Assembly: GCF_006345805.1 (NCBI RefSeq)
Contig: NC_042998.1
Location: 57,412,001 to 57,476,000, forward strand
Length of the DNA: 64,000 bases
Direction of reading: 5' to 3'
Source of the DNA: Octopus sinensis
Taxonomy: Eukaryota
Shown here: positions 12,743-26,535 of the stretch, in pieces
How the letters are laid out: each line of letters starts with the position of its first letter
How positions within the stretch are numbered: the first letter of the stretch is position 1
Translations under genes and position numbers: made by a program
The notes under the pieces: generated by a model
Told to the model about the DNA's origin: nothing
What the model saw: the letters and a program-made list of their open reading frames with translations, nothing else
The model's database searches: none

Positions 12743-13665
12743 CAACTATTCACTCAACAACACACGAACTATTAGTTAATATGTGTAAGCATTTCACTGC
12801 CTTTTGCATCACTACTAATATATCATTCGCGTTTCGGACCCAGCTATCTACACATATCCTCTCTAACACACACACTTACCTGTAGTCTATCCTCTTCTGA
12901 CACATTTAACTCTGTTTCGACTCCCAGACACAGCAAAACAACATCACTCAATCTTTACTCTGCTGAAACTATGGTCACACCCGTCTTGTGTTTCCTGCCA
13001 ATAATAACATAGAGTAATACAATTTCCATGTGTCTGGGAGGGTTTACAATGGTTATAGGCACAGTTGGTTATCTTAAGCGAAAACAAAACATCAACTACA
13101 ACAGCAAAATGATGCAATGCAAAATGTCAATATTAATTTTAATTATTGTTTCAGTTAGTTTGTTGCAACTTATTATTTTTGTTGCTGCCTTTGTTGTTCT
13201 TGTTAAACATTGCTGCTGTTCATTTAGACAGAAAACATTGAACTGACTTGCTTCACAAAATATATAATCACCAAGGAGCTCTACAGCCGCTTTCCAGAAT
13301 TGTCAGGCATCTGAGAAAAGCTTTACGAAAATTATTCCGGTTCTTTGTGTTCTCGATTCAAATCCAATCGCGGTTAGTTTGCCCTTCAGAGATTCGCGGT
13401 ACATATCCAGTAATGAATCCACAAAGATGTCAGGGCATTGTTCACTACGTCTAGCGGTATTTGTTTCGGTTGTAACAAACTAGATCAGCCCTTGTCTTTT
13501 CTTCAGCATAGAGATTGAATATTGCCTGTATTTGCGACGAATTCTTTTTCATAGAATAACACAACAACCTTGCCCAGTTTTGAGCAAGACAAGCGGAGAT
13601 ACTTGAACAACCATGACTAAATGAAGCGTGAGGGATTACTATTTTCATTAGTGTATCGTTTATAT

Positions 13666-14086
13666 TTTACTTGTTTCAGTCATTGGATTACGGCCATGCT
13701 GGGTACGGTCTTGAAGGGGTCGAAGATATCAACCCCGATACATTTTTAATTTAAGGTGTGGGACATATTCTAGTGGTCTCTTTTGCCGAACCGCGCTAGA
13801 TTGCATGGACATAAAAAACTAACGTTGGTTGTCGAATTAATTGTCATGAGTATGACAATCACCGACAAAACACACACACACACACAACACACACACACAC
13901 AAACACAAACACACACGCACATGCACACACGCACACACACACACATACACACGGCGTCCACCAAATTCACTGACAAGGCATTGGTTGGTCCGAGGCTACC
14001 GCAGAAGACACTTTCTCGTGGTTGGATTGAACCCGAAACCCGTGGTTGCGAAGTGAACTTCTTAACCACGCAGCTATGTTGGTGCC
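13666..14086 (-). mobile_element. Family-B CORE-type SINE with internal (CA)n
   Basis: TTTTACTTGTTTCAGTCATTGGATTACGGCCATGCTG..TTGCCGAACCG..TTGGTTGGTCCGAGGCTA. Confidence 0.85.
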
Positions 14087-14835
14087 TATGTAGTGTAAAG
14101 ATTTGTTGTGTAATGCTAAGATTTATTCTAATATTAAAGAGAAAAAAAATGTTCTTCATTGAATTATGATTTTCTCTTAGGGTGTTTTGTAAAACTGTTG
14201 GTCTTAATTATTTCATTCCTTTCTGACTTGGGGAAAAGCAGAAACAACGCTACCGCTGTTGTCATAGTTAGGTCTCAGATCAGTACTAAATTGCCAATCT
14301 TTGTTTAGAATGATTAAAGTCATGGCAATCTCGTCTTTTATTTTTCTCCCTGTGTATACCTTGGACTAAATATATCAGTGTGTCTTTCCATATGTTTAAA
14401 TAATAGTTTACGGTTTAAAAGAATTTGGTTGCTGCTTCTAACAAGTAACAAGTCAAATGATTATTTTAAATGCCTTGCAGTCGTCACGTAAAGCTATATC
14501 ACAAAGTACAGCTTTAGTTTAGCACGATTCAGTTTTTATATTCTTGAAAATAATGATATTTTGCCGTTATTGAGAAATGACTCTAATATTATGTCGCTTG
14601 AAACAAGATATTCAATGCAAGTGACTAGTCTTCTGTTGTTCAATGTTTTTTCATTCAAATTACAGCTCAAAATCCTCGCTAGGAATAGTAGTGCCAATAG
14701 GGTTAATGAGTTTTGTTATGGTAAATTTAGAAGTAGCAACTAAGACAACGTTTCATGCTTAAACACACTTATCTGGGAAGTAAACAGTGTATGAGTCAGA
14801 TACATGCTTACGTGTGTATGGAGGGGAGAAAACCA

Positions 14836-15105
14836 GGTTTAGTGTCGGCGAATCTCAGGAAGCATTGAAGTTTTGAAGGATGCAGTGCTCCGACAACTAA
14901 CAACTGATGCCGGCAGTTTGTTCCATACTTCAGCAACTCTTAGCGTGAACAAATGTTTCCGAAAGTCATGGGAGCTATGCTGTTTTCTGACTTTGTAAAC
15001 ATGTCCACGGGTGTTAGACAGGTGGAGTTTGAAAAGGTGCTCAGAGTTATTGTAAGTAAGATGGTTAATAATTTTATGGGTGTCTGTCAACTCAGCTTGA
15101 AGGGA
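14836..15105 (-). mobile_element. CR1/L2/Jockey-group LINE 3' fragment
   Basis: TRGHVYKVRKQHSSHDFRKHLFTLRVAEVWNKLPASVV..FK is the typical C-terminus of CR1-group ORF2. Confidence 0.85.
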
Positions 15106-15109
15106 GGTG

Positions 15110-15500
15110 TCAGTTATACCATCAACCCCACTACCACTAATACTCAATTTTATTGACCTGAGAATGACGAAAGCAAAGTTGGCCTCTGTGGGATTTGAAT
15201 GCTGGATTTGAAAGAGTCAGAAGAAATACCGCAAAACATTCTGTCGGACAATCTATCGAGTCTATCAACTTGTTGCTTTGATAATGATTCTTTCCAATTT
15301 TAGTATGATACCAGCACTTTTAGTGCAATACCAGCAATTTTAGAACAATACCAGAAATTTTGAACGTAGGGGATGAGTCGATACAATCGACCCCAATACT
15401 TGATTGGTACTTTATGTTGTTTTTGCACGGAGGGCAGAATGGCAAAGTCGATTACGTTTGATTTACCACGGAAAGTAAAGAGTCGGAAACAAAGACTAAA
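15110..15500 (-). mobile_element. Two degenerate family-A SINE fragments
   Basis: TTTTATTGACCTGAGAATGACGAAAGCAAAGTTGGCCTC and GTCGATACAATCGACCCCAATACTTGATTGGTACTT. Confidence 0.6.
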
Positions 15501-17171
15501 AGGATAAAAATAAATGTTAGTGGTGGTAGGGGCCCTCATATCTGACGGATTTATTTATGTTTTCGATTCCAAGTAAGTTTGAAAGGTAAAGTAATTCCTA
15601 GTGGGATCTGAACAAGAAAGCTCAGCCTGTAAGTTGACGTGATCTAGGTGGGTTCTGTGCTGATTTTACTATCTGGAACTATAATATAAAATTAATATTT
15701 TCATAGGCAAAAAGTTAAGAATTTTGTCGGATTGGAAAGGTCAACATATCAATCTATTTTATTTTATCTACACTACACAGGAGACATCCAAGCAAAGTCT
15801 ACTCCGATGCAGTGTGGACTCAAAGCACAAAGAACGCAATGAATTTAGCTCAACGATTTAACATATTGTCACTTTAGTCTTACAATAAAGATAATTCTAA
15901 TCTCTATACTACAGATGCTATTCAGTTACATCGATCCCAGTACTTGGTTGCTATTCAATTTTATTGATTCTGGGAGGATGAAATACAAAGTAGGTAGGAT
16001 TCCGAACGAAATTCCGAACGAGAGCGTGACGAATGAATAGAATATCTTTTGTACCTCTCGGACAGGTTTTCTAACCGCTTATTCCTACATAGCCAGTTAC
16101 GTGAAGCTTATACCAAACAGGCAAAGGCAACTTGTAGCGCTCGCAGGCTTAGGACTTTAAAACTCGTCCATAATATCAGATCTGAGTGTTCACAAGAAGC
16201 GACTCCTATTTACTTGGTTGAAACCCAAGATTAACGTCATTCTTGACTTTTATTAATACTACACAGAATGTACGGGTTGACCGGCGTTTCGCTCTTTAAA
16301 TAGAGTAGAGTGCACTCAGGAGTCAATGATATGATGTATGTAATGTGTACATATAGCGCGAACGAGTCAAACCACATGTTCACCATTTTAGATATTGCTC
16401 AGACCATTTAGATACCCACCAAAATCAGTGTTTTGTGTCCCTCATTGCTTAGGAATAGTTCGGCAAATTCTGCCGAAGAACTGGAATCAGATTGTATGCT
16501 TCTGATAAAAAACACCAAAAATCAATTTGGTTATATTACAATTCGAGTGGTGGGTCCTCCGAAACACTCTCTCTCATCGCCTGACAGCTGAAGCTGGTTT
16601 CTTGAAGTCACTAAAACTTAGCAGTTCGTCGAGAGAACGACAAAATAAGCACCAGATTTTAAAATAAATACTGAGGGTGGATTGTCCTACTAAATACTTC
16701 AAGGTAGTGCTCCAGCATGGCTGTAGTCGAATAAATGAAACAAGTAAAACATATACGATGATTACAACAAAATCAGAATAATAAACCCTACAACAATACA
16801 AAATATACATCACTAAATTTTGAAAACTATGCGTTTTGTCCTCTATTCAATATTGCATAATAAATCCTGTATGGCATGTTTAATCTATGTTTTCCTATAT
16901 AATATATCTGACAGTATTGTAAACGAAGCGAAGTTTGTTAGTAAAGCCGCAGACTCGTATTTGTCATTTTTGTTTCCTTTTTATTTCACTCAGACATCGA
17001 TTTGTCTATTTGTATACAGGCATATGTGCTAAGTTCCCTTTCTCTCCCACTTTCGGTGTCTCATATAATTGTCTCTTATACAAGTGCTATATATACTTGT
17101 TTATCATAACCTCAAATTAACCAACGCCTTGTTAGTATGAAACTTAGCAGACGAAACAGTCAGAAAGTTTA

Positions 17172-17545
17172 GGTGCAGGCGTGGCTGTCTGATAAGAAGC
17201 TTGATTTCCAACCTCATGACTAGGGGTTCAGTCCCACTGCATGGCACCTTGTGTAGGTGTCTTCTCCTATATCCTCGGGCCGACTAAAGCCGTGCGAGGG
17301 GATTCGGTAGATGGAAACTGAAAGAGGCTCGTCGTATATATGTGTCAGTGTTTGTCACCCCACTACCACTTGGAAACCGGTATTTATTGTTTACGTTTCC
17401 ATAACTTGCGGTTCGGCGAAAGAGGTCGCTAGAATAAGTACCAGGCTTACAGAAAAGTACTGGGATCGTTTTGTTCGAATAAAATTCTTCAAGGCTGTGC
17501 CCCCGGCATGGCCGCAGTCTAATGACTGAAACAAGTAAATGATAA
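17172..17545 (+). mobile_element. Family-B CORE-type SINE
   Basis: GGCGTGGCTGTCTGATAAGAAGCTTG..GTTCAGTCCCACTGC..GGCCGCAGTCTAATGACTGAAACAAGTAAA. Confidence 0.9.
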
Positions 17546-17555
17546 AAGAAAACAT

Positions 17556-17561
17556 ATCTAT

Positions 17562-17630
<69 letters not shown>

Positions 17631-17723
17631 GGTATGTGTGTTTGTGTGTTTATGTTGTGTGTGCGTATGCCTGTATATATATATATATGTATGTATATAT
17701 ATTATATATATATATAATATATA

Positions 17724-17800
<77 letters not shown>

Positions 17801-17814
17801 TACATATATTATAT

Positions 17815-17897
<83 letters not shown>

Positions 17898-17915
17898 ATA
17901 TATATATATATATAA
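17556..17915. repeat. Compound (TATC)n/(TG)n/(TA)n microsatellite
   Basis: Direct reading. Confidence 0.95.
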
Positions 17916-18159
17916 TCGATGTACTTCGGCGAGAAATGTACACTTCATTGGGAGAAAAAAAAGAAGGCGATAAACCGGTGCGTTCTAACAAAATTATATT
18001 GTGTTATTTATTTCGCACGAGTTACACAGCCACCAGCTTGTCAACTTTTGCTTTTGTAAATGTAATGAGCCATTACATAATCCTTTGAAAGCTCTAACAA
18101 ACGACGCCATTCTTCACAATCTGGACGATATAAAATAAATAAAACGTGTATAGATTTAG

Positions 18160-18250
18160 CTACTCTCTCTGTCTCTCTCTCTGTCTCTCTCTCTCTGTCT
18201 ATCACTGTATATATACATAGATACATGCATACATATATATATATATATAT

Positions 18251-18283
<33 letters not shown>

Positions 18284-18300
18284 ATATATATATGCATGTA

Positions 18301-18349
<49 letters not shown>

Positions 18350-18500
18350 GCATGCGTATACAGTACGCATGTATCTTTATGTGAATATATACATGCATAC
18401 GTGTGTGTGTGCGTGTGTCGGTGTTTGTGTGTCTTTATGCATATGTGGGTATGTGCGTCTATATATATATATATATGTATATACAATCGTGTGTATATAA
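18160..18500. repeat. Compound (CT)n/(TA)n/(TG)n low-complexity tract
   Basis: Direct reading. Confidence 0.9.
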
Positions 18501-19249
18501 ACATTACGTGCGTCTGTAAAAATATATGTGCTCTGTATCCTATTGAATTATTTACTTTCTCCAACGATGCAAACATTCCGTAATGAAACTTTTAAATCTT
18601 TTATTCCTTGTGTTTTGTTTCCTTTTTTTTTATCGGTAATATCCCCAGCCCCATCTCTGACAATGTAATCAATTCGTGATTGGCATCCACATCCTGCACA
18701 TCCTTCCACTCCCATCATCATCGTCATCATCATCGAAGTCATCGTCATAATCCATTAACATCCAATATCCTTAGCATGACTGTTGTAACCACCAACACAC
18801 ACACACATCATCAGTATTATCCCTATCATCCTCATCCTTAACTACTATCGTACTCTTACTCCTACTCTTTCTCGTCACTATCGTCGTGGACATCTTCATC
18901 AGTAAGCAATAGTGTATATTGAAGATGTCGGTTAATGAATGCAACCTGATCTTTTAACAAGGCTTACTTTCAATTGTAATGAACAATTTAAGCTGATAAT
19001 TTTCCTTTTCATCGCACGAAGAGGTCATGAGTTCGTACCGACAAACAGGTGATATTTTGTATTCATAGAATACAAATTATTTACAGTACTTTATTTTAAA
19101 CTCAAAATAAGGACTCGACGAAGGTCTGCGGACAGAAACAATTAAGCATGAAATGTGGTAAAATTAAATGAATTATAAATGAATTCATGTATTTTCTCTG
19201 GCCACTATTATTAGGAAGATGGTAAGCGTAGTCTCCAGGTATATCATCT

Positions 19250-20400
19250 GTGGGGTCCTAAGTGAAGAAACCGCCATTTAGCTTTCCGGCTGGATTCGCA
19301 AGCGTGACAAACTGACACAGAATATCATCCCACCACCTCGTTTTTGTGTGTGTCTATTACACGGGTTCTTATCAATTAACTCGATTTGAAGAATCCTGCT
19401 TGCGGTTCTTACCTGTGACATTCTAATCGCATGAAAGTAGAAAAGTTGAGGCCTGTCCTCGAGAGACTCCCTGATCTCCGAACTATGCTCTCTGTTCAGT
19501 AACTTTACTCCAGAAATCCTTCAGAGAAGCCCCATTTCGGCCTCTTGTATTCGCGATTGTACTCTTTAGGTCATAGTCACGAAAACTGAATTGAAGATAG
19601 CGAATCGGTTTTACCAACGTCAATTCTGGAGATCAAATTCTGGAGCTGGTGCATTTCCGTGCCAGCACCTGTCATTTAAGCATCCTATTCAGCCTTCTGA
19701 TTCCCATCAGTCATGAATATAACCCTGAGATACTTAAACATCTCCACTTACCTGTGTGATATTTGATTCAGATGCAGCTACACTGTGGAAACTTTCTTGA
19801 AAGGATCAATGTCACAGTCTTCGCAATACTAACTCTCATTCCCATCTTGCAGTATTCATCATGCTGCGGATCAACTTCTAATTCGCCATACAGTACTCTC
19901 TCGTCTGCAAATATCAGCTGACCAATTGTGACATCACTACCACAACGGCTGCGCATGTCAATCCAGGTGAGGTGAAAATATGCATCCCTGCTGAAGTCCA
20001 ACACCCACATTGAAAGATTTAGACTTAGCACCATGTACTCGAACATTCATATAGGGACTTCACGGCAAGCAGATGTTGCCCATTAATCCAACAACCCCAC
20101 CACTGCCTGTCCCACGAATCACATTCATATGCCTTTTCAAGGTCACGAATCACGCTCGAATGCCTTTTCGAGGTCAATAAATCAAGCGTACACAACTTGG
20201 CAATATTCCCACGATTTCTCGAAGTCCCGAAACAGAGTAAATATTTGCTCATCTGCACTGCATCTAGGACGTATGCTACACCCTTCTTCATCTAGATTGG
20301 GCTCGACATTTTCCTTACATCTCTTCTGTCAAATTGTGAATGTCATTGCCCTGAAATAAGAGTAATCGCCGAGGCTTCGAACTCAAGTTTCATCATCGGA
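19250..20400 (-). mobile_element. Degenerate RTE-clade LINE (reverse transcriptase region)
   Basis: Minus frames give KRCKENVEPNLDEEGCSIRPRCSADEQIFTLFRDFEKSWEY, DLEKAY, LLAVKSLY, QLIFAD and a downstream KYL-type motif, with many frameshifts. Confidence 0.8.
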
Positions 20401-20589
20401 GAAGAATTAAGTGAAAGTCTGGATGCTGTTATATAGGTGACGTGCATGACAGCAATAATGGTTTGTCACAGTCCTGAATTTATGACGAAATGAAGTATTT
20501 TATCGCTATTTAACGCTGAAGTTATCAATCATTTACAGTTCAACGCTCTGTCACCCCCTTGGTCCTTTCCTCATGTTTTTGTGCTCGCA

Positions 20590-20860
20590 AGTGGGTCTGT
20601 ATGAGATGTACGTACAGTGACAAAACTATACTGCACGCATTCGCTCAATACACGAATATTGTTGAGTGGGGCAGTTATGTTCAACATCTCTCATCAAATG
20701 TGGGACGGATTTAGCTACCGAACGAATCCTACGTGAAAATCGCTCAACCACTATCCTTCAATAAAGCTAAGCGGGCAATGCTCTTATGTCTGATGGCCGT
20801 GGCAAAAGATGTTGTGTGGTAGACGGGATTGAAAGGCTGGAGGTCAGGCACATTTCTCTT
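20590..20860 (+). mobile_element. Tx1/L1-like LINE C-terminal zinc-knuckle fragment
   Basis: CMRCTYSDKTILHAFAQY..ESYVKIAQP..LMAVAKDVVW resembles the C-x2-C..H..C knuckle of L1/Tx1 ORF2. Confidence 0.55.
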
Positions 20861-21074
20861 TGGTGAAATCCTAATCAATTTTTATTCCAGTTCCAAAAGA
20901 AAATGTCGTTGGTGAAACAAACAATTTTCTTACTTGAATTTGTCTACACTTTTTAAGCCACAGCTGTGCGTATATTTCTACTGAGTGTAAATAACTTCGA
21001 GACACTTGCTCTGTAGAGGTTGCAACACCGAATAAGTGAATCATAATTAATTAGTTTCTTCCTAACAACTACTT

Positions 21075-21293
21075 CTAATAACGGTTTCAAATTTTGGCTC
21101 CAGGTCAGCAAGTTCGTGGTAGAGAGTAAGTCTAGTACATCGACTCTATTACTTAACTGGTATTTATTTTATCGACACCAAAGAATGAAAGGCTAAGTCG
21201 GCCTCGATCGGACTTTCAACTCAGCATATAAAGGACGAAATAGCGTTAAGGATTTCGCCCGCCGTGCTAACTATTCTGCCACGTCGCTGCCTT
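21075..21293 (-). mobile_element. Family-A SINE
   Basis: Core and head motifs on the reverse strand. Confidence 0.8.
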
Positions 21294-21438
21294 AAACAAT
21301 TACTGTTAATAACGGTGGCATCTGAAACATTGCCGTTCAGATAATTTAGTTTATTTGGTCAACAGTACTGTATAGATTTGAAATATCTTAAGTTAGTCTA
21401 CGGATAAAGAAAGGCACCGACCATATATACGTATGCAT

Positions 21439-21477
<39 letters not shown>

Positions 21478-21540
21478 TGTGTGTAATCCATGTGCAAGTA
21501 TATATGTGTGTGTATATGTGTATGTATGTACGCATATGTG

Positions 21541-21571
<31 letters not shown>

Positions 21572-22234
21572 ATATCTATCTAATTTTATATATATATATA
21601 TATAAAATGAAACTTTTTGAGTGTGATAAAATGAATACCAGTCACATTCTACAACTGATTCGATTTATTAACTTTTACACAAACAGAACTAAGTAACTTT
21701 ATACCAATAGTAGAAATTATCCAATGGCTGACCAATGTTTACTTTCAGAATCACGGGAATGATCAATCAAGAACAAAACATTCTTATCTTTCTCATCTTC
21801 TCTCAATGTCTCCATCTGTCTGTATATTTGTCTTTCAATACTGTTAGCTTTATTCCTCACAATATATATCTCGTTTTTTCTCTGATTCTCCCCCCACCTC
21901 TCTCTCTTTTCCACATCATTTCTTCATCTCTGATTGACATTTCCATTGAATCCGAAAATATATCTTTTTGTTATCTACAATGAGACATTCTACACTTGAC
22001 TAACCCAGACAACACTGATACCAGATTTTATATCAAAACACGCTATAGACATATATAAAATCTAAGATAAACCTTGTGGTCCAACAAAAGTCACCTTGAA
22101 ACCTGCTCTTAACCAATTGAATAGAGACGCTAAAACAAGGTTAAGATAACAGATTGATTCATTGATTCTGTTTAAGTGATTAATCTATTAATAGGCTATT
22201 TAATATACGTTTTAGATGGATTCAACACAAGGCA

Positions 22235-22385
22235 CACGCATGTATATATATATGAACATACATACATACATACATATATATATATATATGCATGTGTATA
22301 TATATGTAAGTGCGTGTATATATATATGTATATATATATATGTAAGTGCGTGTATATATATATATATTGATACATATATACATAC

Positions 22386-22432
<47 letters not shown>
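22235..22432. repeat. (TA)n/(TACA)n microsatellite tract
   Basis: Direct reading. Confidence 0.9.
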
Positions 22433-22436
<4 letters not shown>

Positions 22437-23564
22437 ACGACTACTATTATGTTTGAAGATCGTTGTACATTAATTAATAATGGAAAATAAACAAACGAAA
22501 ACAAAATGGATAGTATTTGTAGAAGAGTATTTAGTCAATATGAAGGACATTATCGCAGTAATATTATAGTGGGACATGATACGTTCTAGAAGAGAGGCGG
22601 TGATACGATGGTTGCAGTCGTGATGGGAGTGCTATTGGTTTTGGGGTTGGATGTGGGTAGTTTTGTGAGTTAGTCATTGGTTTGTTTGAGATTGAAAATT
22701 TGATGAATTATGTTGGCGTTCACAACGGTGGGTAGAATTACCGAAATAAATCCAGTAGATTGAAGAGACAAAGAGTCAAATATTTTGTACGTGAGAATGA
22801 ATTGGAAAATCAGTGATTTCGGCGTGCGTTTATTTATTTGGAATCGATATTGTATTGATCGAAGAATTGATTGACCAAATTTCTTGAAATGGACTTAGTT
22901 AATAACACTTACATCTAGTAAAATTCCCGGTTGTAGATTCTATCCAATCATCTATTCGTATATTTGTATATGTATGTGTGTATATGCATGATCATTTATG
23001 TACGTGGAAATGGATGTTTGAATATGTTTGTCTACGTGAATATAAGTTCGTGTATGTAACTGTGAGTGTAGATAAATATACAAAAGTATGTGCTTGTATA
23101 CAGCTCGATGTATGTGTTTTTCATTCAAACAATTATGTACATGTGCATTTGTATATACGCGTATATATAAATGTATTTGCATCCCAGCGATCACGTTGCA
23201 TTCAATACTTTAATTTAAATATATGTGTTTATTACGGGTTTATATGTGTGATTGAGTCAATGCTGTTTTCGTGCATGCATTTGAGTATCTAATATTTATG
23301 CGCTTTCATATATTTTTGCACTCTTATAGAATATAGTACAAGACAAGACATCACTTTCGAGAAGTTAGAAGAAGCAAGCAGTTGTGCTATTGCACAGATT
23401 TCTTTCGAACATAATAAGCAATTTAAAATCGAAGCGACAGTAGATTTAGTTGTATGCAAAGTAAATTATTCCTTAGAGTTCAGAAAGATAACGTTTTTAA
23501 CTGTCTACTAATTGGCTGCCCAGCTATCTGTCTGTCCGTCCGTCCGTCCATCCATTATTCATCC

Positions 23565-23800
23565 ATCTTATTTCTTTATTGCCCACAAGGGGCTAAACAT
23601 AGAGGAGACAAACAAGGGCAGGCAAAGAGATTAAGTCGATTACATCGACCATAGTGCGTAACTAGTACTTAATTTATCGACCCCGAAAGGATGAAAGGCA
23701 AAATCAACCTCGGCGGAATTTGAACTCAGAACGTAAAGACAGACGAAATACCTCTAAGCATTTCGCCTGGCGTGCTAACGATTCTGCCAGCTCGCCCCCT
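23565..23800 (-). mobile_element. Family-A SINE, near full length
   Basis: TTTCTTTATTGCCCACAAGGGGCTAAACAT..TTTATCGACCCCGAAAGGATGAAAGGC..GATTCTGCCAGCTCGCC. Confidence 0.9.
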
Positions 23801-23802
23801 TC

Positions 23803-23862
<60 letters not shown>

Positions 23863-24270
23863 GTGGGTGTGTATGTGCGCATGCGTATGTGTGTGTATGT
23901 ATGTGTGTATGTGTGTGTGTGTGTGTGTGTGTGCAGAACAGAAGAACTTTCACTGAATTTTGTCACGGTAAAATTTTTGTTGCTGTCGAAAGTTGAAAAC
24001 ACACCAAATTAGGAAAGTCCTCAATCCAGACTGATTGGTTCATGCACTTTAAAGTAATTAACTTCTCATCCGCAAAGAATTTTGGAAAGAGATGCAACTC
24101 TGAACTAACGAGGTCGAGTCTCACTTATTACAATCCAATACGTTTAGCACCACCTGTTAAATTGTTTGAACAGAGATTAATGAAATGCAGTAAATAACAT
24201 TCTTACGGGTTCGAATAGGTCTCAAAAGTGTTTAAATTGGTAATAAGTTTTATACATAAAAGCATATATA

Positions 24271-25288
24271 CGATGTGTAGTCAAAATTTATCCGACTTTT
24301 GGACAAAAAAACACGTAATATTGAAAGTTCACCATTTTGATTTAGCCTCCTTCAAAGTATTTCTCTTGGGAGTCTACATATTTCTGCCAGCGTTACTGCA
24401 ACAGCTGGAAACATTCCTGGAAATCACTTTTTGGGAGAGCTGTGCCGTTGAATTTTGCTTAATGTCCACTGTTTACTCAAATGTTCTCCCTCTGAATGTT
24501 TTGTGAGCTTTGGAAGAAGCCCAAACTCACATAGCCAAGTCTGGGAAGTAGGAAGCCTGACGAACAAGTGCTTGTTTTGCTTGACTAGGAATGTTTGGAT
24601 GATATGTGCGGAATGAACTCACTGAACTGAATCATGGCTGATTCCAACTTTGGCAACCATCTCCTCAATTGTCACACAACGGTCTTCATAGACTATTCCT
24701 CGAAACCTCGCAATAATTTCGTCGTTTCGTATTTCTTTATTACCCACAAGGGGCTAAACATAAAGGGGACAAACAAGGACAGACACAGGTATTAAGTCGA
24801 TTACATCGACCCCAGTGCGTAACTGGTACTTAATTTATCGACCCCGAAAGGATGACAGGCAAAGTCAACCTCGGCGAAATTCGAACTCAGAACGTAACGG
24901 CAGACAAAATACCGTTAAGCATTTCGTCCAGTGTGTTAACGAATAATTCCGTCGTTTCTGCCACAACCTGGCTCACTGTCCACTGAGGAGCGGCCATCTT
25001 TGAACCGGTTGTACCACTCCTTAATTTGTGTTATTCCCATAGCAGCATTCTCAATAGTCTGGGTTTGCGTATCACCGAGTCTTTGGCAGACTTTGATACA
25101 GTATATTTTCACAATGCGCTCAGTCATATTGACTAAAAGCGATAAATCTCACAGCACACATTTCGCGATTGTACTCAACGTGTCACTGCGGAAGAATGTC
25201 GGTCCCTACATACACGAATACTTTTGCGCATGATCAGGAAGGACCGGCCACCTAATAATCAAGGTCAGACACATTTTGACTACACCTC

Positions 25289-25289
<1 letters not shown>
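24271..25289 (-). mobile_element. Internally deleted mariner element with TIRs and TA target duplication
   Basis: TA-CGATGTGTAGTCAAAA ... TTTTGACTACACCTCG-TA. The minus ORF MTERI..YCIKVCQRLGDTQ..MGITQIKEWYNRFKDGRSSVDSEP is a mariner N-terminal HTH. Interrupted by a SINE. Confidence 0.85.
24729..24941 (-). mobile_element. Family-A SINE inserted in the mariner, 17-bp TSD
   Basis: TSD AATAATT(T/C)CGTCGTTTC at 24712-24728 and 24942-24958. Confidence 0.9.
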
Positions 25290-25329
<40 letters not shown>

Positions 25330-25330
<1 letters not shown>

Positions 25331-25548
25331 TCTTTTACTTGTTTCGATCATTTCACGGTGGCCACGCTGGTGCACCGCCTTTAGTCAAACAACTCGTTTA
25401 TAAGCCTTGTACTTATTCCTTCGTTCCCATTTTTCGAACCGCAAAGTTACAGGGAAGTAAACACACCAACATCGGTTTGCAAGTGATAGTGGGGACACAC
25501 ACACAGAAACACAAACATGTATACATAAATACATACATACATACATAT

Positions 25549-25588
<40 letters not shown>

Positions 25589-25740
25589 TTTAGGTTCGTT
25601 TACGGGAAACTTTATGTATTGCACTGTAATCATCCCAGGAATACGGACTATGATCTTAAAAAACGTATGGCTCGTGGAAACGCGCGTAGCGATGCATTAG
25701 AATACTTATAAATTCTATCCAAGGTTGTTATTGTTCTTAC

Positions 25741-25772
<32 letters not shown>

Positions 25773-25928
25773 ATATATATGATATGTGTGTGTGTATATA
25801 CGTATATGTATATATGTATATACAATGTATGCTATATATATATATAATATATAAATGTATATATATTATATATATATATATATATATATTATATAATATA
25901 TATATATATAAATGTATATATATATATA

Positions 25929-25964
<36 letters not shown>

Positions 25965-26215
25965 AATACATATATTAATATGTAAATAGAGCCAATTTAT
26001 CTGTAATATAATATGTGACGATTATTCGGTTGCCATTATAAAACGGCGAGTTTTGGAAGCCGGGGCGGAAATATATTTACGACAGGTTTCCTTCAATTTC
26101 CGTCAACCAAATCTACTAATAAGTCTTTGGTCGGCCTGAGGCTATAGTAGGAGATACTTGCCCGAGACTGAACCTGGATCTCTGTGGTTGGGAAGCAAAC
26201 TTCTTAGCACACGCC
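25330..26215 (-). mobile_element. Family-B SINE split by an expanded internal (TA)n and nested inserts
   Basis: 3' part at 25330-25520, 5' part at ~26080-26215, with (TA)n and non-SINE pieces between. Confidence 0.75.
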
Positions 26216-26224
26216 CAGGACTGC

Positions 26225-26235
26225 TCCTACACAGT

Positions 26236-26269
<34 letters not shown>

Positions 26270-26408
26270 GAGAGAGAGACAGAGACAGAGACAGAGACAG
26301 AGAGAGAGAGACAAAGAGAGAGAGAGAGACAGAGAGACAGAGAGACAGACAGACAGAGAGACAGAGAGACAGACAGAAAGAGAGAGAGAGAGAAAGAGAG
26401 AGAGAGAA

Positions 26409-26439
<31 letters not shown>

Positions 26440-26466
26440 AAGATAGACAAACAGACTCACACGCAT

Positions 26467-26530
<64 letters not shown>

Positions 26531-26535
26531 GCATA
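26225..26535. repeat. (GA)n/(GACA)n/(GATA)n compound microsatellite
   Basis: Direct reading. Confidence 0.95.

Noticed and set aside
16040-16330. Possible Penelope end with GAGCGAAACGCC on the minus strand
   Set aside because: The core is not intact and the motif lies opposite to the putative endonuclease tail; too degenerate to call.
17539-18576. Many ORFs of YIYIYI, LSIYLSIY and similar
   Set aside because: Translations of (TA)n/(TATC)n microsatellites; the same applies to poly-N/I/D/M/V/Y ORFs at 10794, 25648, 26142, 40071, 44697, 49521, 50870 and 56011.
21700-22940. Sequence with a TE-like feel flanking a TA array
   Set aside because: No motif could be read reliably; left unannotated.
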